This document shows positions 48,773-59,875 of a stretch of DNA of 64,000 bases, one piece after another. How positions within the stretch are numbered: position 1 is the stretch's first letter; each line of letters starts with the position of its first letter. Under the pieces are notes generated by a model. It ran no database searches and had not been told where the DNA came from. It was given only the letters and a program-made list of their open reading frames with translations. A program made the translations under genes and the position numbers. This DNA is from Chiloscyllium plagiosum (lineage: Eukaryota). Where the stretch lies: assembly GCF_004010195.1 (NCBI RefSeq), contig NC_057750.1, positions 6,912,940 to 6,976,939 of the forward strand. Reading direction: 5' to 3'.

Positions 48773-49083
48773 TTCTGGCATTCCAACCGGAACTCTATCA
48801 ACAACCACATTGACTTGGATCCCATTTACCAGCCTCTGAGAAAAAAGAACCGGAAATGACATCATCGTGGGAAATGACGTCACCACATGAAATGACATCA
48901 CCAATTCTATGAAACTCAAACATATAAATAGAAAGCAGGCTACAGCACCAGTGCTTCATTCAGAGGCTCACTGAAGATGTTACCTATTATGGTGATGAAA
49001 CATCTGAAAACGAACCTTCCAGCTTAGCAAGCAAACCTACATCCAGAAACTCAAGCTGAGCTATAAATCTTCTCAAAACTCGC
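48773..49083 (+). mobile_element. 5'-truncated Penelope-like element (family D, Poseidon-like ORF end) with 11-bp TSD
   Basis: CAAGCCACTCA at 48762-48772 and 49084-49094. 48776-48859 translates WHSNRNSINNHIDLDPIYQPLRKKNRK*, resembling the C-terminus of PLE GIY-YIG proteins. Inserted inside a Deu-type SINE. Confidence 0.75.
48968..49007 (+). ncRNA. Minimal hammerhead ribozyme-like motif (family D)
   Basis: UCA CUGAAGA U GUUACC UAUUAU GGUGAU GAAAC AUC UGA. Stem I UCA/UGA; 6-bp stem II with two G-U pairs. Sister copies at 55046-55096 (minus) and 55217-55250 show GUGAC GAA(A/C)CG. Confidence 0.6.
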
Positions 49084-50084
49084 CAAGCCACTCAGTCAAA
49101 TGCCCATTGGGGATGGCCAGTGACACCCATATACCGTGAATGAATAGAAAAATAAATATTTTGGAACAAATTCATTGCTTTATTGTAGAAAACGTGGCAA
49201 CCAATTTTCATACAGTAAGCTCCCACAAACAGCAACGTGATATTGGCCAGGCAAGCCACTTCTTTGAAGTTGATTGATGGGCTAATAATGTCCTGAGATA
49301 ATTTCTCTATTCTTCTTTCAAATAGTTCTTGTGGGATATTTTGCATCTATTAGACAGGGTAGACAGGCCCTTAGTTTAATGTCTCACTCCAATGTTGTCA
49401 GCCTAGATTACGTGGTTGGCTTACTGGGGTGGAACCTAAACTACAATTTGGACTCAGAACCAGTGTAGTAAACGAATGCTGACATAATAGATTCTGTTAA
49501 GTATTTTGAGATGCCCTGAAGTCATGAAAGATCCTACCTTCATAAATTAATTTTCCATACAATTGATGGAAACTTTCCCAAATGGTTAATTCCTGATTGC
49601 CAATCATCGCTTTGGCAAAAGCTGTGTGTGCTATTTATATTACGGTTAAAAGTTCTGTTCTTTTCATAATTCTCTTCCATCAATTCCCAATATAATTAGC
49701 AACTTCTTAATGAATCTCAGAAGTGTTACGGTGCACAAGGTAGCCATACAGCCCATCATGCCTGCACCAACTCTTCAAATGAGCGTCATTCACTTGTGCT
49801 AATCTGCTTTTTCCCCATATCCTTGTGTATTATTTCTGTCCAAATAATTATCCAGTACGTCTGCAATCCCTAAATTGAATCTGCGTCCACCATATTTCCA
49901 GGCAGTGCATGCCAGACTCCAGCTACTTGCTGAGTAAAAATGGTTTCTCTAACCTTGCATTTACTTCTTTTGCAAATCACTTTAAATCTAACCTTATGGT
50001 TTCTGATGCTTCACAAGCAGGGAACTCTCTCTATCTACACTTTCCAGCCCACCCATGATTTTGAAAACATTTCTTAAATTTTTT

Positions 50085-50890
50085 TTATTCATTTGTAGGA
50101 TGTGGGTGTCGCTGGCTGGTGCAGTGTTTATTGCCCATCCCAAGTTGCTCTTGAGATGATGGTAGCAAGCTGACTTCTCGAACTGCTGTTGTCCGTGTGC
50201 TGTACATTGATCTACAATGCCCTTAGAAAGGGAATTCCAGGATTTTGACCCAGTGACAGTGAAGGAATAGTGATACATTTCCAAGTCAAGATGGTGAATG
50301 GCTTTCAGTATCTGAGGAGTCACGAATGATGCTGAACATTGTGCAATTATTGGCAAACACACCACTTCTGACTTTATGATAGAGGGAAGGTCATTACTAA
50401 AGCAGCTGAAGATGGTTAGGCCTAGGAACCCTGAGGAACTAGTGCAGAGATGACCTGGAGCAGAGATGATTGATCTCCAATAACCACAACCATCTTTCTA
50501 TGTGCCAGGTATGACTCCAGCCAGTGGAGAGTTTGCCTCCAGAACTCATTGATTCCAGTTTATCTAAGGGTCCTTGATGCCACAGTCGGTTGAATGAGGC
50601 CTTGATGTCAAGGGCTGTCACTTCACCTCATGTCTGGAATTCAGTTCTTTTGTCCATGTTTGAAACAAGGGTGTAATGAGTTCATAGCTGAGGGGCTCTG
50701 ACCGTACCTAAACTGTGCATCACTGAGCAGATTATTGCTAAGCAGATGCTGTTTGATAGCACTGTTGCTGACACATTCCATCATTATACTGATGATCAAG
50801 AATAGCCTGACAAGGTGGTAAATGGCCAGAACGGATTTTCCTTGCTTTATGTATCCAGGACATACCACTGCAATTTTCCACATTGTGTCA
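50085..50890 (-). mobile_element. L2/CR1-group LINE RT fragment and 3' end
   Basis: ORFs give NNLLSDAQFRY (50641-50883) and TALDIKASFNRLWHQG (50439-50621), typical non-LTR RT motifs. Confidence 0.8.
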
Positions 50891-51119
50891 GCGTTATAAC
50901 TTCCATAATCTCTCCTGTCAGCATCTTTCTCTCCAAAGAAAACAGTCCCAATTCTTCAAACTATCCTTATAACTGACATTCCTCATCTCTGGAACCATTC
51001 TTGTGAATTGCTTCTGCATTCTCTTCAATGCGTTCTTCCTATAACATGGCACCTAGAACTATACACAATACTCCAGCTGAGGTCTAACAAGTTGTTTTAT
51101 ACACAAACTAAAAGCTCAA

Positions 51120-51545
51120 TAGGTTTGTGACTCTACTCATTGGCATTTAGAAGAGTGAGAGGTGATCTCAGTGAAACATTTAGGATTCTGAAGGGGCTTG
51201 ACAGGGTAAATGCTGAGAGGATGTTTCTCCTCATGAGAGAGTCTAGGACCAGAGGGCATAGTCTTAGGATATAGGAGTGCCAATTTTACACTGAGATGAG
51301 GGGGGAATTTCTTTTCTCAGAGGGTTGAGTGCCTTTGGAACTCCTTGCCACAGACAGCTGTGGGGGCAGAGTCCTTGTATAAATTTAAGATTGAGATATA
51401 TTCTTGATCAGTTGGGAGATCATGGGTTACAGGAAAGAGCAGGAAAGTTGACATGAGGAATGTCAGATCAGCCATGATCCTACTGAATGGTGGAGCTGGC
51501 TCAAGGGGCCGAATGGCCTACTCCTGCTCCTATTCTTATGATCTT
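51120..51545 (+). mobile_element. CR1 LINE 3' fragment (older subfamily)
   Basis: AGAAGAGTGAGAGGTGATCTC...ACCAGAGGGCATAGTCT...GGCCTACTCCTGCTCCTATT tail. Confidence 0.8.
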
Positions 51546-52469
51546 GACATTTCCACAAACCCTGGCCATGAATCTTAAACTGGCATGCAACTGATTGTTC
51601 AAAATTTAAAATCTCTGAATCTTAAAGATGGAACGCATTCCAATTTGCTGACCTACCGGAATTCACCAAAAACATATTTCAGAGAAAAACTGTTTCAAGG
51701 ATTGTTAGGTTGATTGGATTTGGAGGGATAATGTATGTAAAAATTCAGAATGAAGTAAAATTCAATGCTCATTATAACAAGGTGGGTTTTTTAAAACTTT
51801 TAAAGTGGCAAGCATTGCAGCATCTAAATATCTGACAATGTCGCGTCCACTCAAGTATAGGGAAATATTCAGATATAACAATGTGCATTATCATCTGCTA
51901 AATTCAATTAGGAATTCAAAGTGAAGCAACATTCAGTTCTCAATATAACGATGTGTAATTTAATCTGTTAAATTGTTAGGAATACAAAGTGAAGTAAAAT
52001 TCACTTCTCAATATAGTGAAGTGTAGGGAAAGATAAGCACCACCAGTAATGCAGGCATAAAGAGGAAAGTATAACCAGGAGATTAGAATCTCCTTAGAGA
52101 AAAAAATGTATATAACCAGGAGATTTAGAATCTCCCCTCAGTTTAGAGAACTGACACTGAGCTGGCTGAGCCAGTCAGTGTATTACTGCTGCTGTTGGTT
52201 TCTGCTTTGGGTGGGGGGAGTTTCTTCTTCTTTCCCCCTTTCCAAAATAGACATTTAACTTTTGGTTTTCTTTTTTATTATTATTTGTTCTGCTGTATTT
52301 CTTCTTCTTCCTGATTAAAAAAAAACGAAGTGTATAAAATGGCAAGCACTGCAGGATCTAAATATCTGAAAATGTCTCCATAAAGAAGGGGAGGGTAGAA
52401 AAATTAGATGGAGGAAACCTAATGACCAAAGTAAGAAATGGGCATCATGATGAGAGACATTTTAAGAGC

Positions 52470-52810
52470 AGCGGCGAACATACGCACCCTGCCTTGGCAC
52501 CGCCCGGAGGCGGTCTGAAGAGATTCTCTCTCCGACACAGTGCCCGCTGCAGCCTCCGCGCCTCTGCCCTGCCCCTAGCAACGGGGGCGTCAGCCAATCG
52601 CGGCCGGCGTTGCGGCGGCCAATGCCAGGCCGCTCTCCAGCGCGAGCGACAAAGCGACGGTTCGTACGGCAACGGCCGAAGGTGGAGCGGGAAACCTGGT
52701 TTGGTTGGATGGGGGATGGGGGATGGGGGAGAGAGGAGGGACACGTGACACTGCAGGTGGTGGGTGGGGTGATGGAGGAGGAGGAGGAGGAGCGGGCACC
52801 ACGTGACCTG
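52470..52810 (-). promoter_or_regulatory. CpG-island promoter with probable non-coding first exon ending at 52484
   Basis: The most CpG-dense unique stretch in the window. CCAAT at 52594 and 52619, RFX-like CCTAGCAAC (52574) and GTTCGTACGGCAAC (52660), CACGTGAC E-boxes at 52742 and 52800, minus-strand donor TGC|GTATGT at 52484/52483. Confidence 0.65.
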
Positions 52811-53276
52811 CTCCCTAATGGGGCATTGAGGTGTAAAGGTGAGGCTGAAAAATGGCCAAGGGCACAAATAAAACCCCCAAAAAGACCAAACATACTGTGG
52901 CTCCTGGAGATCCCAAAGGTTTATGAAAGGTGGGATCAGGCCTGGAGGAGGGTTAAGGTGTTGTTGTGGGGGGGCAGTGGAAGATGAGGACTGTGCGGAG
53001 GCCATTTGTCCCATCCTGTTCATGCCCTCCCCTTTGAGCCATCCATACCCCCATTCCCCTGGGAGCGATGGGGGGGACTACATGACAGTATTTTCCCATC
53101 CATGCAAGTGCTTCCTGTGCTTTTTTTAAAAAGGAAACTAATGGATGGCCATCAGACAAGAGAGTTTGCAGTTGCCCCTTTAGAGGGGCCAGGGCAGGGA
53201 AAGTAGATGTGAGGAGTGTCGGATCAGCAATTATCCTGTTGAATAGCGAAACAGGCTCGAGGGGCCGAACGGCCTA

Positions 53277-53490
53277 CAGGTCGTTCTGCTATAACGCGTG
53301 TTTCGTCAGCACGAATTGGCTATAACGCAATTGACGAATTGTGGACGTTAGTTGGGTAATGTGAACGTTCTATAGTGATTTTGTATTAGCTTCTACAACG
53401 CAATTTTCTATAGCAGTTTTCCATAGCGTGATTTTCTATAGCACGAGGTTGCAGAGGAACACAGCTTTTGTGTTATAGCAGAACGATCTG
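53277..53490. mobile_element. Tigger/pogo-type MITE
   Basis: TA|CAGGTCGTTCTGCTATAAC...GTTATAGCAGAACGATCTG|TA; splits a CR1 tail at GGCCTA/CTCC. Confidence 0.85.
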
Positions 53491-53619
53491 TACTCCCGTT
53501 CCTGTTTCTTATGGTTATGCTAAAAGAGACCCCTATTCACCTTTTGTTGGCTAAGGATGTGAAATATTCTGGAGTTCATCACTGCCTACAGATGTAAAAG
53601 TAGAAAGTGAGGCTTGTGC

Positions 53620-54310
53620 AACTTTCTCACACAGAGGGTAGTGCGTATATGGAACAAGCTGCCAGAGGAAGTGGTAGATGCAGGTACAGTTACAACATTT
53701 ACACTCATAGAGTCATACAGCATGGAAACAGACCCTTTGGCCCAACTGGTCTGTGACAACCATGTTCTGAAACTAAACTAGTCCCACTTGCATGCATTTG
53801 GTCCACATCCCTCCAACCTTTCCTATTTATGTACATATCTAAATGTTGTAACTATACCTGTATCAACCATTTCCTCTGACAGTTCATTCCACAATCAAGC
53901 CACTCATTAAATTGAAGAAGGTTCAGAAAAGATTAACCAGGATTTTGCCGGGAACGTTTGAGTTATAAGGAGAGGCTGGAAATACTGGGACCTTTTTCTC
54001 TGGATCGTAGGAGGTTGAGGGGTGACCTTATAGAGGTTTATAAAATCACGAGGGACATTGGATAGCAAAGGTCATTCCCTAGTGTAGGGGCGTAAAAACT
54101 AGGGGGCATATTTTAAGGTGAGAGGAGGGTTTTAGAAAGAACATGTGAGGGATAATATTTATAAACGATATTTGGACAGGTACCATGGAAAGGAAAGGTT
54201 TGGAGGGATATGGGCCAAATGCAAGCAAATGGAGCTGGTTTAGTTGGGAAACCTGGTTGGCATGGACGAGTTGGGTTGAAGGGTCTGTTTCCCTGCTGTA
54301 TGACTCTAGC
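53620..54310. mobile_element. Cluster of CR1 3' fragments in both orientations
   Basis: Plus 53620-53700, minus 53705-53905, plus 53908-54308. Confidence 0.78.
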
Positions 54311-54979
54311 ACGTCTCTTTGAGAAAATGTACCGCTGGAATGACAGGGTGTTATTTCTTTCTATTTCTTTCTCTCCCGGTCTCCTTTTAAGGCCTCCCTT
54401 CGGTTTCCCTGTGGAGGGGATGTAGAAGAAATGAGCGTTTGAGAGGTCAATCAGAGATTTATTTTGACCAAGAGACATCTTCATTGGCTGGCAGCCGTCG
54501 GCGAAAGAAAAATCGTGGCTTCGTCCCTGTGGGTTAGAGATGTCATCACAACCATAATGTGAGGTGACTGCCCTTCTTTCTGTCTGACTGGCACACAGAT
54601 CAAAACGTACACATTTTCAGAATGAGGGCAACTTAGTTGCCAGCGCAGTGTTTCTTTACGGGTCATTGACTGGAAGAATCTAGAACTTCCTGTGAGAACT
54701 CAGGTTCTAGAATTTACACGACCAAACCCAGAAACAATCCAGAAAGCAGCTGGAGAGATGAACACGTTTTTCTGCAACTGTGCACAGCCATGGCTCGATC
54801 CCGTTTGGCGTAACTGTGTTCATTCATGGGCATCTTGGTTCAGCCAGGATATTGTAGACCTTGAATGGAATGTGGTCAGGGTTCAGCACAGTGACATTGG
54901 GGCTTAAAGGGTTAAATTATGAGGCAAGGTTACCTGATGAAAGGGATAGTCATCATGACACAGAAGAAGGCCATTTGAT

Positions 54980-55286
54980 GGCGGGTTTTTAGAAGATTTG
55001 TAGCTCAGATTGAGGTTCTAGATTTAGGTTTGCTCGCTGAGTTGGAAGGTTCATTTTCAGACGGTTCGTCACTATACTATGTAATATCTTCAGTGAGCCT
55101 CCAGACGAAGCACTGCTGATGATTCCTGCTTTCCTGCTTCCATGATGTCACCAACCCAAAGAAACCCAAGCATTTCAATAGAAAGCAGGAATCATTAGCA
55201 GTGCTTCGTCCGGAGGCGATGTTACTTAGCATGGTGACGAAACGCCTGAAAATGAACCTTCCAATTCAGTAAGCAAACTTACATCT
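54980..55286. mobile_element. Palindromic family-D PLE derivative with 13-bp imperfect TSD
   Basis: AAGGCCA(T/A)TTGAT at 54967-54979 and 55287-55299; two inverted copies of the sequence at 48930-49083. Confidence 0.75.
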
Positions 55287-56650
55287 AAGGCCAATTGATC
55301 TATTGAGTTCATGCCAGCTTTTTAATAGAGCAACCCAGTCAGTGTGATTCTTCCTCTCTATCCTCATTGCATTGTAAATGATAACCCTCAAGCACTCACT
55401 CAGTCAACAGATCGCAGGTCATTATTACATGTTGTGTAATAATGTGTTTGCTTGAGGCGCTGTTATGGTGCGGTCGCAGTGCCCCTAGTTGTTGATCAGA
55501 AGTCCTGGGTTCAGGTCCCACCTGGTGCAGAGGTGCATCACTGAACAAGTTGATTAGAAATATATAAAAATATGCTTTCATATATTGCACAATTACCGCC
55601 CCTTCCATTCTTCGTAAATTACAAGTACAGGCCAAATTGCAAGTAAATGGAGCTTGTTTAGTTTGGGAAACCTGGTTGGCATGGATGAGTTGGGCTGAAG
55701 GGTCTGTTTCCGTGGCTGTATGACTCTATAGCACGCCTCTTTGAGAAAATGTGTCACTGGAACGACAGGATGTTCTTTCTTTCCATTTAATCTCTCCCAG
55801 TCTCCTCTTAGAACCTCCCTTTGATTTGTGAAATTCTAAAACAATTTACTTTGTCCCTTTGTAGATGTCCAAATGTCTTTTATAAATGTTACACCTCATG
55901 TTCTTTCTTCTCCTCTCACCTTAAAATTACAAGGAACCATTCAGCCCAAGTTCAGGTTCCACCTGCTCCAGGAGGTGTGTAGTGATGTCTCTGAACAGGT
56001 AGATGAGAAAATATCTAAATTGCATAGACTTGGTTTGTCATTTTACTGAGCTACATTCCTACCACCAAATCACCATGATTTTCTTTGCCAGAACTCACTG
56101 CCCATCCCTAATTGCCCAGAGGGCAGTTAAGAGTTTACCACATTTCTGTGCGTCTGGAGTGATATGTAGGCCAGACCAAGTAAGGGTGGCAGTTTCCCCC
56201 CCTCGGGAGACATTACTGACCCAGATGGGTTTTTCCCAACAATCGATAATGGCTTTACTTATTAATTCAGATTTTTATTGAATTCAAATTCCACCATCTG
56301 CTGTGCTGGGATCCGAAAACAAATCCACAGACCATTACTGGGGTCTCTGGATTAACAGTCAAGTGATGATGCCACTAGGTCATTGCCTCCCTGAACTTGA
56401 AAGGATCTTTCCCCAAAAGGCTCCAAGTTTTGAGACAGTTGACACTTTCAAGGCTGAAAATGCATTTTGTTGTGTTAACTAAGGATGTCAAGGTATTTGA
56501 AGGCGAGGCAGGTGGATGGGGCTGAGGTACAGATTGAGTTAATTGCATTGAATGGCAAGGCAGATGCAGGAAGGAAGTGGCAAACCCTTATGTTTATAGA
56601 CCTGATACAATCCAGGTAAACTTATCATCCTCTTCGGGGAACCTGGGTGT

Positions 56651-57325
56651 GAGAAAGTGAGGACTGCAGATCAGAGTTGAAAAGTTCGGCGCTGGAAAGG
56701 CACAGCAGGTCAGGTAGCATACAGGGAGCAGTGGAATTGACGTTTTGGGCATAAGCCCTTCATTAATAATGTGGGTGGCTGTGGCAGTTGGTGTGGGAAG
56801 GGGGCTAAGAGATAAATAGGAGGGTTGAGGTTAGGTAGCTGGAAGGGCAGTAAGTAGATGCAGGTGGGGGGTGATGATGATAGGTCAGAGCGGAGAGTGG
56901 AACAGATAGGTGAGCAGGAAGGTGGATAGGTAGGGCACTTCAAGAGGGTGGTGCCCAGTTGGAGTGTTGGATCTGGTATGAGGTGGCAGAAGGACAGATG
57001 AGGAAACTGATGAAGTTGATGTTGATGCCATGTGCTTGATGGGTCCCAAAGTGGAAGATGAGGTGTTCTTCCTCCGGACTTTGGATTTGGCAGTGGAGGT
57101 GGCTCAGAACCACTCAGGTGGAGTGGGACGGGGAGTTGAAGTAGTCGGCCACAGGGCGGTGGGGTTGTTTGGTGCTTGTCCCAGAGATGTTCTCTGAAAC
57201 GTTCCGCGAGTTGGCATCCTGTCTCCCCAATGTGGAGGAGACCACATCGAGAGCAATGGACACAGTAGATGAGGTCGGTGGATATGCAGGAAAATCTCTG
57301 CCTGATGTGGAATGATCCTCTGGTC
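56651..57325 (-). mobile_element. Penelope-like element 3' part with GIY-YIG endonuclease remnant (family A, Neptune-like)
   Basis: 57184-57321 encodes RGSFHIRQRFSCISTDLIYCVHCSRCGLLHIGETGCQLAERFREHL (GIY..CxxC..YIGET..L..R..EH), followed by the family-A terminal sequence with a decayed hammerhead at about 56735-56767. Confidence 0.85.
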
Positions 57326-57347
57326 AGGACAAACATATTTTTAATAA

Positions 57348-57438
57348 GCTGAAAATATGTTGCTGGAAAAGCGCAGCCGGTCAGGCAGCATCCAAGGAAC
57401 AGGAGAATTGACATTTCGGGCATAAGCCCTTCTTCAGG
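57348..57438 (-). mobile_element. 91-bp family-A insertion with 13-bp TSD
   Basis: ATATTTTTAATAA at 57335-57347 and 57439-57451; sense strand begins CCTGAAGAAGGGCTTATGCCCGAAATGTC. Confidence 0.82.
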
Positions 57439-57580
57439 ATATTTTTAATAACCCTATCTTCACTTGTCAATGTTGCCTGCCGAATTTATTTCCTCTCCTT
57501 AAGGTGTTCACTCCTCACTGGAGTATGATGCAGAAATACTGTCTTGGTTCAAAGGTTGTTCATCCACACGGACCACATGA

Positions 57581-58209
57581 TGTTATGGACCAGACCAAAC
57601 CCCCTTGAAATATTCAGAAGATAGTCTAGACACTAATATTTTCTTAATACAAAGGTAAATGTAAGTTGTTGTATTCCAGATGGAATTTGATAGGTCAAAC
57701 TATCAGATTAAAGCACAGCATACTTCATTCACCCACGATAGTTAAAATGCAACAAAAGAAGGAAGGGGTTGGAAACAACTCTATTGGAAAATTTATCAAT
57801 CATAGATACAGTAATTATTACTATTTAAATGATCCAATATTGTAACATTCCACAAACACACCCTTGGCAAAAGGGCAAATTCAGACACAGATTATCTCAG
57901 ATGCAAGTCCTGTAGCAGGCAGAGAACCCCCAGCTTTTGGCTGTAACCAAGCGAGGGAGAAAAATTAATTTCCACTTCTTCAAGACCCAAACACCAACTG
58001 GTGAAAGCTAAACTAAAGATCCTGGTTCTGTGAGAGTTTAACCACACCCATTCAGGCTGCTTCTATTGTTCCAAATTTTAAAAAACCCAAGGCCTCACAA
58101 GCTATTTGCTGTAGTGGTTCTAGTAAAGTGCTCGTCACCTCTGCCTTAAAACCTCTCTTCTGAAAAAACCAAGACAGTGTACACCTCTTGTATCCACAGC
58201 GTCGACACA
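57581..58209 (-). mobile_element. Solo LTR, 629 bp, 4-bp TSD ATGA
   Basis: ATGA|TGTTATGGACC...CGACACA|ATGA; related to 29937-30881. Strand inferred from the related copy. Confidence 0.78.
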
Positions 58210-59176
58210 ATGAGCACTTTTCCACAGGGAGCATTGGACACTAAGAAGAAGCAGAATTACTGACTAATTATTCTTTGTCCTGAAGTGCTAAAAACAATTG
58301 AAACAAATGTCCATTTAGAGCTATCCAGGCCTCTTCCTTTTCACTATAGAATCATAGAGTTTTATTGTATGGAAAGAGGCTTTTCGGCCCATCATGCAGT
58401 CATTAAGCATGGATGCTCAAGTGCTTATCTAAATAATTCTTAAATGAAGTATATAGCTCCATAAAATTTCTTTTTCTCTGTTGGTTATTGGGGTGTGAGG
58501 CATGGCAGACTGGGCCAACATCTGTTGATAATCCTCAAGAAAAACCTAGTTGGCTGATCTCTCTTATAGAGTCACATAGCATGGAAACAGAACATTCGGT
58601 CCCACCAGTTCACCCGGACTATGTTCCCAAACTAAACTAGTCTGACTTGCCTTCTTCTTTAATTGAGCTGATGGATTTCATGTTGTACAGATACAACCGT
58701 ACCGCTGATGGGCAAAAACTGCTTTGCATTTCCAGTAATAGCTGAAAGAGAAATGACGGCTTTAACAGTAGAATCTACAGCATAGAACGAGGATGCCATT
58801 CAGCCCATCACCACGATACTGGCTGTTTGTAAGAGATATCCAATTAGTCCCACTCTCTCTGCCTTTTCCCCTGTAACACTACAATTTTTTCCTTCCAAAC
58901 TGGTGGCAATGGATTTCGCTTTGATGCTGGGTCAGTGTTGCAGCTACAAAGTCATTATGAAATTGTTAATCTTTGCCAATTAACCCTGGAGTTTGCAGTG
59001 TAAATCCTACTTGATTAGGTATGAATACTTTTCCAGCTTGATTGAATGCAAAGTACGGTTGAAGATATGAAGCTCACATTGCACAATCTGAGCTTCTGAA
59101 ATTTTTAACTCATTATGTTTTGGTGGAAAAATGTTACAAATTAGAGCTGGAGGAGATCATTGGCCCCTTTGAGCCT

Positions 59177-59459
59177 GATTAGATTACTTACAGTGTGGAA
59201 ATAGGCCCTTCGGCCCAACAAGTCCACACCCACCACCACCCATACATTTACCCCTTCACCTAACACTATGGGCAAATTAGCATGGCCAATTCACCTAACC
59301 TGCACATCTTTAGTATGTGGGAGGAAACCGGAGCACCCGGGGGAAACCCACGCAGACGCAGGGAAAATGTGCAAACTCCACACAGTCAGTCGCCTGAGGC
59401 GGGAATTGAACCCAGGTCTCTGGTGCTATGAGGCAGCAGTGCTAACCACTGTGCCACCC
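59177..59459 (-). mobile_element. HE1-like SINE
   Basis: Reverse complement of head, core and tail. Confidence 0.88.
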
Positions 59460-59704
59460 ATACTTTCCTATTCAGTAAGATCATGCTGATCTTCTACTTT
59501 GATTCCACCATCTTGTATTATCCTATGCTTCCCTGAATATCCAAATATCTGTCAATATCTAACTGGAGAATTCATGACGAGTGAGATTGAAAATTCTGAA
59601 TTAATTCTCAAAAGCGAGTGATATTTTTAAAACACTGCAGAAGTAAATTCTCCAATTCAGCTTGGTTAAGTTCAACTTCAATTGACAGCACTCTTGGTGA
59701 TGAC

Positions 59705-59875
59705 GGTCGTTGTCGAAAGGTCTGGCGCTGGAAAAGCACAACAGGATGGGCAACATCTGAGGAACAGGAGAGTCAATGTTTTGGGCACCGCGGATGCTCC
59801 CTGATCTGCTGTGCATTTCCAGCGCCACACTTTTCGACTCTGATCTCCAGCATCTGCAGTCCTCACTTTCTCCCT
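59705..59875. mobile_element. Palindromic family-A PLE derivative
   Basis: Arms GTCGAAAGGTCTGGCGCTGGAAA and TTTCCAGCGCCACACTTTTCGAC; the left arm stops at TTTTGGGCA, inside stem II. Confidence 0.72.

Noticed and set aside
52422..53023. Overlapping ORFs of 108-192 aa at the CpG island
   Set aside because: Expected in GC-rich, stop-poor sequence on both strands; low-complexity products with no recognisable domain.
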